64,000 nt of DNA from Octopus sinensis (Eukaryota). The stretch's first letter is position 1; every line of letters begins with the position of its first letter. The stretch is from the NCBI RefSeq assembly GCF_006345805.1, contig NC_043002.1, positions 68,882,001 to 68,946,000 on the forward strand. Reading direction: 5' to 3'. The position numbers and the translations under genes are program-made. Positions 10,983-21,139 of the stretch are shown here, in pieces. The notes beneath the pieces are model-generated. The model saw nothing but the letters and a program-made list of their open reading frames with translations. It did not search any database and was not told the origin of the DNA.

Positions 10983-11245
10983 ATACCAGGCTTACCATCC
11001 CTACAGGAAGTGCAAAAAATCGTGTTAACTAGAACAACTAATGTACTGAGAAGAGCATTATCGCCGTGAAAACAACATCCATTCATGAATTTATTTGTTT
11101 ATTAATTTTTTAAATACATATTTTACCTGTGAATTTGCGTGTGTAATCTGGGAATGCATACAATGAGCTTCTCTGTCCTAGGTGTATAGAAACACTCTGC
11201 GAGAAATGGAAGAAAATTTGAAGAAAGAAGGGAAAAAAAAAATAA
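10983..11245 (+). mobile_element. 3' fragment of an RLE-type non-LTR retrotransposon (HERO/R4/NeSL-like)
   Basis: 10983-11069 translates IPGLPSLQEVQKIVLTRTTNVLRRALSP*, matching the QKxxLLGTAxILRxxL C-terminus of restriction-like-endonuclease LINEs. It follows (TAA)n directly. Confidence 0.6.
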
Positions 11246-11460
11246 TCCTTTCTACTATAGGCACAAGGTCTGAAATTTGGGGGAGTGGGATAGTCGATTA
11301 CATTGACCCCAGTGCTCACTTGGTACTTATTTCATCAACCCCAAAAGGATGAAAGGCACAGTCGACCTCAGAACAATTTGAACTCACAACGTAAGATGAA
11401 GGAAATGCCACTTAGTATTTTATCTGGTGTGCTAATGGTTCTGTCAGCCCACCACCTTAA
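11241..11460 (-). mobile_element. SINE family A
   Basis: Same head and body as the 28698 copy; tail ...ccttgtgcctatagtagaaaggattatt. Confidence 0.8.
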
Positions 11461-11500
11461 TGGTGATAATAATAATAATATAATAATAATAATAATAATA

Positions 11501-11779
11501 GTGGCCGTTGCCAGCCTCGCCTGGCCCCCATGCCGGTGGCACGTAAAAAGCACCATCCGACCGTGGCCGTTTGTCAGCCCCGTCTGGTACCTGTGCCGGT
11601 GGCACGTAAAAAGCACCCACTACACTCACGGAGTGGTTGGCGTTAGGAAGGGCATCCAGCCATAGAAACATAGCCAGATCAGACTGGGCCTGGTGCTGCC
11701 TTCTGGCTTCCCAGACCCCTGTTGAACCGTCCAACCCATGCTAGCATGGAAAGCGGACGCTAAATGATGATGATGATGA
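11501..11779 (+). mobile_element. SINE family C
   Basis: Two internal units followed by the same (GAT)n tail. Confidence 0.8.
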
Positions 11780-11799
11780 ATAGTAGTAGTAGTATTAAT

Positions 11800-12011
11800 A
11801 AATCCTTTCTTCTATAGGCACAAGGCCTGAAATTTTTGGGAAGGGGACAAATCAATTACATCTACCCCAGTGTTTCACTGGTACTTAATTTATCGACCTT
11901 GAAAGGATGAAAGGCAAAGTCAACTCGGCGGAATTTGAACTCAGAACATAGAGACAGATGAAATACCACTAAGCATTCTGTCCAGCTTGCTAATGATTCT
12001 GCCAGCTCGCT
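11800..12011 (-). mobile_element. SINE family A
   Basis: Same body; tail aggccttgtgcctatagaaaaaggatt. Further copies at about 17740-17921(-), 22745-22885(+), 26262-26445(+), 26495-26706(-), 29350-29570(+), 56880-57400(-, interrupted) and 59025-59250(+). Confidence 0.8.
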
Positions 12012-12593
12012 TATATAACACATATAATAAAACATTTACTGTGTCCCTGTCGGTCATGCCGGAGGCAAAGAATAGTAAAACAACAGACGAAATGGGAGTG
12101 GGTGACAGTGAGAGATGCTAAAGCAGGTGGATAACATTTAAAGGCTTTGCTTCGAAGATGCTAGGGAAAGCAGAGTAAAATAACAAATGGAGTGGCAGTG
12201 AGTGACACTTAGAGGTGGCTAACACTGCAGTGCGCTCTGAATTCACCAGTATTTTAATGAAAATGAAATGAAATTTTTCATCATAAATAATATTTATCAA
12301 TTTCACATGCACCCAAAAATAGGCACATATGTTACATTCAATAAAATGATTTCATCGATCTAAAAAAATGTACACAAATATATGTATGTGGACATACATT
12401 TATACATGCACACATGCATATATATATGCACATGTATAGATGTAGATACATAGGTATGTGTATGTATGGGTACATCTATATAAACATATATATATATACG
12501 ACGGGCTTCTTTCAGTTTCCGTCTACCAAATCAACTCACAGGGCTTTGGTTGGCCTGAGACTATAGTAGAAGACACTTGCCCAAGGTGCCGCG

Positions 12594-12778
12594 ATAGATT
12601 GCTAGCCACTACACATTCTTTATTTTCTCTCCTTGTTTCTTTCTGTGTTCCTTTCTGTGGTAGAGCGTAGGCTCGAAACGTTAAAGACTTTTTCAATTCC
12701 CGAGCGTTATACTAATACATCTGTTTGTTGTCTACACCACCTGTCTTTGTCTTTTGTTTTTTTGTGAATTCTCCCGCT

Positions 12779-12825
<47 letters not shown>

Positions 12826-13270
12826 AAATACAAAAATGGGACAAGAAAGCAAAACATCCAGATACAAAAAAGGGACAACAAAGCATCTAGACAGACGATA
12901 CAAAGAAAACAAGGATGGGTCATTCGGAGTTTTCTATCCTCAGTCGAGTTCCAGATTATCTTTGCAATTACAGCTGGTTATACTCAAGATTGCTCCAATC
13001 TGGCCAGCACCAAGGAAAAAGTAAGCTAAGAGCATTAGATTCCTTGGAAGAAAGCAGTGAATGTATATGTAAACAAGGACGGAAAAAACAGAAATGTTAC
13101 ACAAATACAAATGCAATTAACAGGACATAACAACAGGTGTCTTTCGACTAAGAACGAATTAAATTAAGCTGGTGTGTGTGGAAGTAAAGCCTTATGGCAG
13201 AGTCATAAGATTTAACAGGCATAGGGAGGAATATAGATGTTGCACAGATGGTAGTTGAACCAAGAAAGAA
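12594..13270. mobile_element. Penelope-type LTR/tail-like fragments between (TA)n tracts
   Basis: Carries the minimal hammerhead-like motif and is bounded by (TA)n. aaaaatgggacaagaa..caaaa..tccaga recurs at about 12833 and 13588. No coding evidence. Confidence 0.4.
12651..12686 (+). ncRNA. Decayed minimal hammerhead-like motif in a Penelope-type tail fragment
   Basis: CUUU-CUGUGGUA-GAGC-GUAG-GCUC-GAAACGU-U-AAAG. Stems I and II and the palindromic ACGU helix III are present, but the CUGAUGA core is mutated. Confidence 0.45.
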
Positions 13271-13636
13271 AGGTCAGGCCTGGCCACATACTGGTCACTT
13301 GGGGAGAGAAGAGAGAGAGAGGTAGAGGCAGAATGATAGAAGAATTAAGGAGGGGCAAGAAAGGAATGAAAGAGACACAGTGAAGTGAAATTGAGCATGA
13401 AGAGAAGGCCAGGAAATGTGAGAGAGGGGGACCGAAAGAACAAAGAATGGAATGAACAAAGTGTGAAAGGGCTGAAAGAAAGAAGGAAAGAATGAAAGAA
13501 TAGAAAGAATAATAGAGTCATACAAAATTTAGATATATATACTTACATATAAGAGACCAAAGTCTCTTATTATATAGAAATAATACAAAAATGGGACAAG
13601 AATGCAAAATATCCAGACAGATAATATATATATATA

Positions 13637-13793
13637 TAAATAAGCAGAAAATGCAGAAAACTTTTGATCAACAAACAAACAAATTGACTAACATCAGTTG
13701 ATTATTTTTGCTTTGTATTAAAAAATAATCAACCGATGTTGGTCAGTTTGTTTGGTTGTTGATCAAGAGTTTTCTTGATTTTCTGCTTATTTA
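13637..13793. repeat. Long inverted repeat (about 72-bp arms, 11-nt loop); hairpin or MITE-like
   Basis: Left arm 13638-13709 against right arm 13721-13792, with 7 mismatches. Confidence 0.92.
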
Positions 13794-13954
13794 AATTTGA
13801 TTCCTGATAAACTTTTGTTTATTCTGTAGTTACCTGTACCCTTTGAGCATAGTGTACTTGCATTCCCATGTCCAGGGATAGCATAGGTAAATGATACCGA
13901 TAGTAAAAATGGATTCTATTATCCCTTAGACAGTTATTCCAACCGTTCACTCTG

Positions 13955-14006
<52 letters not shown>

Positions 14007-14475
14007 GGATGAATAAAATAGGTGTAATATATATGTGTGTATATATATATGTATATTTATAAATGTTTCTCACAGTGTTCACTATTTTCCTCACGTTCTG
14101 GTCTAAGGACCCTCCATGTTTTTTCTCATTCGGTTTCCTTATTTGTCTCTACTGCCATGTTTTTGTTCCCACTTTGACCCTCCATAAATCCTAAATTTTA
14201 TTTTAGAATTTATGGGAGCATCTGTCTTTCAAGACTCATATTGTCGTTGAATGCTTGAAATGAGGACTAGATAGACAACTGATGAAGGATTCTTTCTCTG
14301 TGTTTACTTGTTCTGTTTTCCATTTTTTTCTCGTTTACATATTTAACTCCTTTATTTATGTATTTCATATTATTTGCACCATTGGTGATGTCCTGTACTA
14401 ATATATGCATGGTATATATATATATATATATATAAGCGATCACCTTCTGGCTGGTATATATATATATATATATAA

Positions 14476-15793
14476 GTGATCACCTTCTGGCTGAATAACT
14501 ACTCCTTTGAACTCCCAACTCGCATAAACAAAGACCTTATAATAGAAGGACTTAGATTTATTTTAGAAAACAATTACTTTATTTTTGACAATAATTTCTA
14601 CAGACAAAGATCAGGAACAGCGATGGGCACGCGTACTGCACCCTCTTTTGCCAACCTAGTGATGGGATACCTCGAGAAAATACTCTACCAGATAACACTC
14701 GAGAAATTTGGAAACACCTTCTCCACCTATATCCAGAACAACTGGAAAAGATACCTCAATGACTGTTTCATCATCTGGGATAAAAGTATAGAGAAACTTG
14801 AGGAATTTAAAATACTATTAAATGGAATAAATGATAATATACAATTCACGATGGATCATAACGAAGAAGAATTACCATTTTTAGACATCCTCATTAAGAA
14901 AACCGGCAACAAAATAGAGACAGATATCTACTATAAACCGACAGACTCCAAACAGTACCTACCCTTTGATTCATGCCACCCACGACACACTAGAATAAAT
15001 GTCCCTTTTTGTTTAGCTAGAAGGATTTGCACCATAATATCAGACACAAACACCCGACACACACGTCTCCAGGAACTTAGAACCACACTCACAAATAGAA
15101 ACTATCCACAGCCCCTAATAGACAGTGCAATCCAAAGGGCACTCAAATTAAGTATAGAAGACCTGAGACAAACAAAACCAAAAAAGAAAGAACAATTAAA
15201 AACCCTTCCCTACATCTCTACACACAACCCACTCAACAATGAGGCCTTCAGCACCATACTACAAAGCACAGCCCTGCTAAAGGGAGACCCAAAGATGAAC
15301 CGGATCCTCGAAACACACACCATCATTAAAAGTAAACGGCAACCAAAATCCTTGAAAGGGATTTTAACCCAAGCTAAACTGCACTCAACATCAACCACAA
15401 AACCAGCAGTTAGAAAATGTGGAAGGCCCAATTGCGGAATCTGTGTCATCTTGGTAGAAGGTTCAGAATTTATACTAGAACAAGGCCATCATTAGAGCAA
15501 ACTTCACCTGCGCATCAGAAAACTTAATTTACGTCTTAACATGCGCAGGCTGCAATAGGCAGTATATAGGCCATACAAAAAATAGCTTATGTAACAGGAT
15601 GGCGGTGCATAAATCACAAATTAGAAACCCTGAATACCGGAAAATACCGGTCAGCGGACACATAGATAGATGAGCTGCAAATGTAAATCCGAAATTTACA
15701 ACTTACCCACTTTATAAATTCAGTGACAGCGTAACCTTCATGCAACGCCAAAATAAAGAACTTTATTTCATCAAAAAATTTGACCAAGTTTGA
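14476..15793 (+). pseudogene. Penelope-like RT/GIY-YIG ORF, inactive
   Basis: Catalytic YxDD reads YLND. Frameshift near 15485, in-frame TGA near 15670, N-terminal RT missing. Confidence 0.85.
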
Positions 15794-16055
15794 ACACCCT
15801 GGGCCAGGAAAATTAAAACAAAACATTGGTCCTCCGAAAAAGAGAAACGAAATTCTACCACAACCACTACGACTGCCCCAACTCGCACTACTACTACAAC
15901 CACCGTGGTCACTGTTGCTACGGCCACAGTGAGAGAATTATAATAATGGAGGTGGGGCGAATTACAATTTCTCAGATCCTTAAACAGTCACTCACGCTGA
16001 CAGTGATATGTCTTAGGGAAGGAAAAATTTATAAAAAGATCTCTTTCTCTACAAG

Positions 16056-16441
16056 CAGATCTAATCCTGATTCGTCAAAAAACTGATGACGTATTACCTC
16101 AGTGGTCAAGCTATTGTCACGCTGCTAGGTTGGTTTCCCCACACGATACAGCTATGGGTCAGACCCGATTCTGATTGGTCAAAACATTGATGATGTCTCG
16201 TTCTGCTGGACTAGCCACCTAACAGGATACAGTCATGGGTCAGATCTAATTTCGATTCGTCAAAAAAATGATGACGTATTTCTTCCGTGGCCAAACTGTC
16301 GTTCCGCTTGGTTGGTTTCCTAACAGGATACAGTTAGGAGTCTTTTCACTATATTCGTTGAGACTGGGTTTTGATTGGTTTGGAACTATATGACGTCAGT
16401 GAAAAGTGCAAGTGACCACAGCTTAGCTGAGCTGATATAAA
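16056..16441 (+). promoter_or_regulatory. Promoter-like repeat array in the Penelope 3' region (CCAAT/CRE-like units, TGACGTCA, TATA-like)
   Basis: Imperfect 80-105 bp units start at 16056, 16160 and 16241. ATTGG at 16374-16378, TGACGTCA at 16391-16398, TATAAA at 16436-16441. Confidence 0.4.
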
Positions 16442-16560
16442 TCCAACAATCACAAAATTCACCAAAATTATGCGAGCAGACACCGACCAAAAATCATTAC
16501 TGTTGCTCCCATTGGAACACAAGGTAAAATCTAAAATGAACTCCTCGCCTTTTCAAGAAC

Positions 16561-16735
16561 ATGAATTTTTTATATTTGACTCTGTTGAATATATGTCACA
16601 ATTATGAACTACTACATCATACTCTTTAAACATATAGCATGGACTCTCTTTATTATATATGAATTTTTTATATTTGACTCTATTGAATATATATCACAAT
16701 TATGAACTATTACATCATACTCTTTAAACATATAT
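16561..16735 (+). repeat. Direct repeat pair (about 76 bp, period about 98)
   Basis: atgaattttttatatttgactct...ctctttaaacatata occurs twice with few mismatches. Confidence 0.9.
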
Positions 16736-16745
16736 AATATATATA

Positions 16746-16786
<41 letters not shown>

Positions 16787-16811
16787 ATAAGCAACAGGAT
16801 ATCAAGAAGTG

Positions 16812-16899
16812 ATGCAGTACGACCGTTTCAAGTGGCTCCATTTAATTGAACAATGCAATCATTACATCAATTTAAATGCAGGGCTATCATCAGCTGCAC
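16812..16899 (-). ncRNA. Type I hammerhead-ribozyme-like motif (Penelope-associated)
   Basis: Minus strand reads UGCAG-CUGAUGA-[long stem II]-GAAAC-GGUC-GUA-CUGCA. Core intact, stem I 5 bp, helix III self-complementary; base of stem II imperfect. Confidence 0.55.
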
Positions 16900-17951
16900 A
16901 AATAAATAGAATTTTAATCAGTCGGACACATTGATATAATTTTACTCAATTACTTTAACAGAGCAAGAAGATGGAAGAAATCCATGTTGTTGCTATTGTA
17001 GCTAAGAATATAATACACTTCCAAGAAAGGCATGAAGCTTAATGGGGTCATAGCTTGTAAAGAATCTGGTTCATTTCTAATTAATTTGCCTTTTTATCAA
17101 CTACTGTCTGTCTGGAATGAAGGGCAAGAGTGAGTTGACAGCTCATGGCTAGGTATGGTCATAAATATTGTCAAGACATTAGGAGTAGTAAATTGGGTGT
17201 AAAGTAACTGTCTATGAAGGAGGCTGGGTAGGGAAAGACCCTAAATCATGATGTTAATTACCAGTTAAAGGGGCATGATGCTAATCAAACCTATGATGTT
17301 AATAAAGAGGAAATTCTATCATGAGGTACTATGGGTGATTGTTGATAAACAATAGTGCTATGTTGTATAAAGATAAAGTTTAAGATTTTCAAAAATTATA
17401 TCATAATCAAAATAGGTAAAATGTGTATATATATCAATTTTCAACATTAAAAATCAAGTACAATTCTGTGTATGTACAAGATTGCTGACATTTATGAGTG
17501 GTTTTCCCCATTGTGTTGATGTGCCATTCTCTATCATATATTAAACATTTTTGCTGACATGGGTATGCTAGTAGTAATAATTATAATAATCGGTGGTGCA
17601 TCAGCATGACCGCAGCTCTGAGCTGAAACTAGGAAAAAATAATCGTTTTATTGTATACAGTGCTCTGATGCACTATAACTCATCAGAAAATGTTAAAAGA
17701 GGAGACAGAGAGCAGGAAGATAGCAGTTAACGAAAATTTGGGGAAAAGGGCTAGTTGATTACATCACACCCCCAATATTTGACTGGTACTTATTCTAACA
17801 ACCCCGACAGGATGAAAGACAAAGTTGACCTTGACGTAATTTGAACTCAGAATGTAAAGACAGATGGAATGCCACTAAGCATTTTATCTGGCATGCTAAC
17901 AATTCTGCCAGCTCACTGCCTAAATAATAATAACAGCAGCAGCAACAACAA

Positions 17952-18097
17952 CAGAAAACAGCACTGCTTAGAACCGCTCGAATACTCCAGATGGTGCTCG
18001 AAAAATAAGGGGTGTTACCTTAGTTCACTGGTAGTGAACAGTTGACACCGTAGTACATCTCCAGGGTTAGAAAAGACAATGTAATAATAATAATAAT
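17952..18097 (+). mobile_element. 3' fragment of a second RLE-type non-LTR retrotransposon (HERO/R4-like)
   Basis: 17952-18008 translates QKTALLRTARILQMVLEK*. Short structured 3'UTR, then a (TAA)n tail. TAA/CAA repeats on the 5' side. Confidence 0.65.
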
Positions 18098-18120
18098 GAG
18101 TTTATTGTATACAGCAAAGA

Positions 18121-18556
18121 CATCATCATCATCATCACTTAACGTCCGCTTTCCATGCTAGCATAGGTTGGACGATTTGACTGAGGACTGGCGAACCGGA
18201 TGGCTGTACCAGGCTCCAATGTGATCGGGCAGTTTCTACAGCTGGATGCCCTTCCTAACACCAACCACTCTGAGAGTGTAGTGGGTGCTTTTTACATGCC
18301 ACTTGCACAAGGGCCAGTCTTGCAGTACTGGCAACGGCCACGCTCAAGTGGTGTTTTTTTACGTGCCACCTGCACAGGAGTCAGTCCAGCAGCACTGGCA
18401 ATGACCTCGCTTGAATGTTCTGTTTACATGCCACCAGCACAAGTGCCAGTAAGGCGATGCTGGTAACGATCACGCTCAAATGGTGCTTTTTACGTGCCCC
18501 TGGCACGGAAGCCAGACAGTTGCTCTGGCAGTGATCCTGCTCGGATGGAGCTAGAC
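18121..18556 (-). mobile_element. SINE family C flanked by a 32-bp duplication
   Basis: About 4 internal units; flanks 18085-18116 and 18561-18592 are identical. Confidence 0.8.
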
Positions 18557-18780
18557 AATATAATAATAATAATGAGTTTATTGTATACAGCACTCAGGTG
18601 CATTACAACTTGTCAGTCACAGTTAAAAGATGAGTTAGAAAGCAAACATGTAAGTCAAGTAAAGAAAGACAATAATGAAGGCTAGAAGTACATGCACAGT
18701 TCACAGAATAAAACAGAAAAAATAGAGAAAAATGAATAGATTAGGAACCATAATGAAGGAGTGCATAGGTACATCAGGAG

Positions 18781-19002
18781 TACTCTTTACTCTTTTATTT
18801 GTTTCAGTCATTTGACTGTGGCCATGCTGGAGCACCGCCTTTAGTCGAGCAAATTGACCCCAGGACTTATTCTTTGTAAGCCTAGTACTTAATCTATTGG
18901 TTTCTTTTGCCGAACTGCTAGGTTAAGGGGACGTAAACACACCAGCATTGGTTGTCAAGCGATGTTGGGGGGACAAATACAGACATACAAACACACACAC
19001 AC

Positions 19003-19071
<69 letters not shown>

Positions 19072-19240
19072 ATATACACGACGGGCTTCTTTCAGTTTCC
19101 GTCTACCAAATCTGCTCACAAGGCTTTGGTCAGCCTGAGGCTATAGTAGAGACACTTGCCCAAGGTGCCATGCAGTGGGACTGAACCCGGAATCATGTGG
19201 TTGGTAAGCAAGCTACTTACCACACAGCCACTCCTACACC
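18781..19240 (-). mobile_element. tRNA-derived SINE family B with an internal (CA)n/(TA)n microsatellite
   Basis: Head TGGCTGTGTGG...GGTTCAGTCCC, central TG/TA tract, tail tgactgaaacaaataaaagagtaaagag. Confidence 0.85.
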
Positions 19241-19254
19241 TAATATTAACAAAT

Positions 19255-19620
19255 TTCAGGAAGTGTGGAATTTTTTGAAGGGTGCAGTGTCCTGACAAGC
19301 CAACAGTGAACACAGGTAGTTTATTCCATGCTTCGACAATTCTGAGTGTAAAAACATGTTTCTGAAAGTCATGGGTGCTGTTCTGTATTTTGATTTTATA
19401 AGCCTGTCCACAGGTGATAGGGATATTGTTGTTATTGGAAAGATGATTGATAATCTTGTCGGTTTCTACCAAGTCAACCGTTATATGTGCAATAATTGTG
19501 TGTTTATGCTGTTGGGGATGATATGCTTTTAATATTCCATTGAAAAATGTATCTGTTGCCTCCTTTTATGGATGCTGTGCATGATTGACATGGGAATCTT
19601 GGTAGGATGTGGATGATGTC
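19255..19620 (-). mobile_element. Decayed CR1/L2-like LINE RT 3' fragment
   Basis: Translates VETDKII...YKIK..HVFTLRIVEAWNKLP, the typical CR1/L2 C-terminal FFSxRVVxxWNxLP motif. Confidence 0.6.
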
Positions 19621-21139
19621 TGTTTGTGGAAGGTTAAGGATGAGGAGAGCAGGGAATCATCTGTGTAGGGTGTGTCAGAGGCAGTAAGTGAGCTTCTATG
19701 CAGTCACTTGACCTGCTATAAATAATAGCCAAACCTTAAAATCATAACCTATCAATTTTACAAATTAAAATGCTTTAAATAACACGTTTCTAGATATACA
19801 AAAAATGGTGGGGTGGTCTCAACTAGAATGTCTTTGATTATAGGTACGCTCAATCAAGACTGCCTGAGACTAAAATGTAATGCCGACTAATTTCATATTA
19901 TTTTAATGTTATCTTTCATTAATCACTGAATGGGGTAACTTTAAGGTTTTCAAATTATTCCCTTCAACTGAGATTTAACTTTGTTTGTTTGTCCTGCGTT
20001 TTCATTACTATAGTGTTTCACATTATTTGCCTTTAGACTGTTAAAATCCTTTTAATATGCATTATTATAATGTATCGTTTGGAAATTTAAGAAGTTGAAT
20101 AACTCTTATTTTCTATTTGTCAGTTTTTTTTGTGTTTGCCTTCATAACTCTATCTTTCCTGTTTTGTTTTTTCTTTTCCAATGTTTAATCAGCTTATTAA
20201 CATCTTATAACATGACAAAACTCTTCAGTTCTCACCAGAGAATCCTTTCTTAAGGTTTTTGTTATTTTGTTTTTCAAGTTACAAGTGAATTAGTCTTGCT
20301 TGCTTTCATAACTCTTAGAAGGAGTTAAGCTCAACAAAAATCATCTTATCGTTGTCTACAACTTCCTGTTTATTTTAAAGGTGTCAGTTTACTTACCTGG
20401 AAAGTAAGTACTACTTGGATTTTGTATGATAATAGTTGATGTTGAAGTAATTTAACTAGTGACCAAAAAGAAAAGAAGATAAAACATACTTCAAATATAC
20501 CTGTACATTTCTGAAAGATTCATCTGGACACTCAACTCCACAACTATAGAAGTTTATTTCTTCCCAATTCTTTTTCGTGTTTCTTTGCTTGAAAAACTAG
20601 ATCTGTAGACATCAGTTTTAATCTTGTGATCAATTCAGGTATGGTTGGGGGATTAAGATGTTTACTTGACAATCCTATGAGTCTGTGTTTGATCTCATTG
20701 AACAGAACTTTGAGTGCTTTTCTACCAAGCCTTGAGTTGATGTTCAAAACCTTGTATGTTCAACTGGGTAGGTGGAAACTGTCCAGAGGCCTGTCAGATG
20801 GGCTGTGTTGTTCTTTGGGTGTAGACAACATGCATTAGTCAGTTTAATTCCAGCACAGCTCCTTAAATGCCTTTAGTGTGAGTCCATTGTGTTACTAACA
20901 TTCAGAACAGATTTCTAGTTTAAGGATAATACTCAAATTGTAGTGTCAATTTTCTTCTTCTTTTTCTTCACCAGGACCAAAGATTCTACCCCACTTCCCA
21001 AACAATCATAAGTAAGAGTGCTGCTCTTCCTCCTCCATCTGTAAGATATCTCTTTTAACCCATTATTTATCACTGATTTTTATGGCATTAGTTTGGGTGG
21101 ATCTTTCTTTTTTTTTTAAATAATGATGATGATGATGAG

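Larger units (their letters stand above)
14475..16750 (+). mobile_element. 5'-truncated Penelope-like element (RT C-terminal half + GIY-YIG endonuclease + LTR-like 3' region)
   Basis: RT motifs GTAMGTRTAP and WKRYLND, thumb PFLD/YKPTD. After a frameshift at about 15485, GIY-YIG NLIYVLTCAGCNRQYIG, preceded by the CxxxxCxxC linker. (TA)n on both sides. Confidence 0.88.

Noticed and set aside
4998-10985. ataataataatgata on both sides of the LINE as its TSD
   Set aside because: Low complexity, and the right-hand copy overlaps the start of the RLE fragment, so a TSD cannot be defined inside the microsatellite.
12930-14330. Additional CTGA(T/G)GA motifs at about 12950 (minus) and 14279 (plus); also CTGACGA at about 55499
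   Set aside because: No correctly placed GAAA with stems I and III, so a hammerhead cannot be folded.
20397-21040. Possible small exons (plus 20975-21040, DQRFYPTSQTIISKSAALPPPS; minus about 20502-20590 and 20397-20455)
   Set aside because: Splice-like signals exist, but the phases do not join consistently and there is no recognisable protein similarity; this needs RNA-seq.
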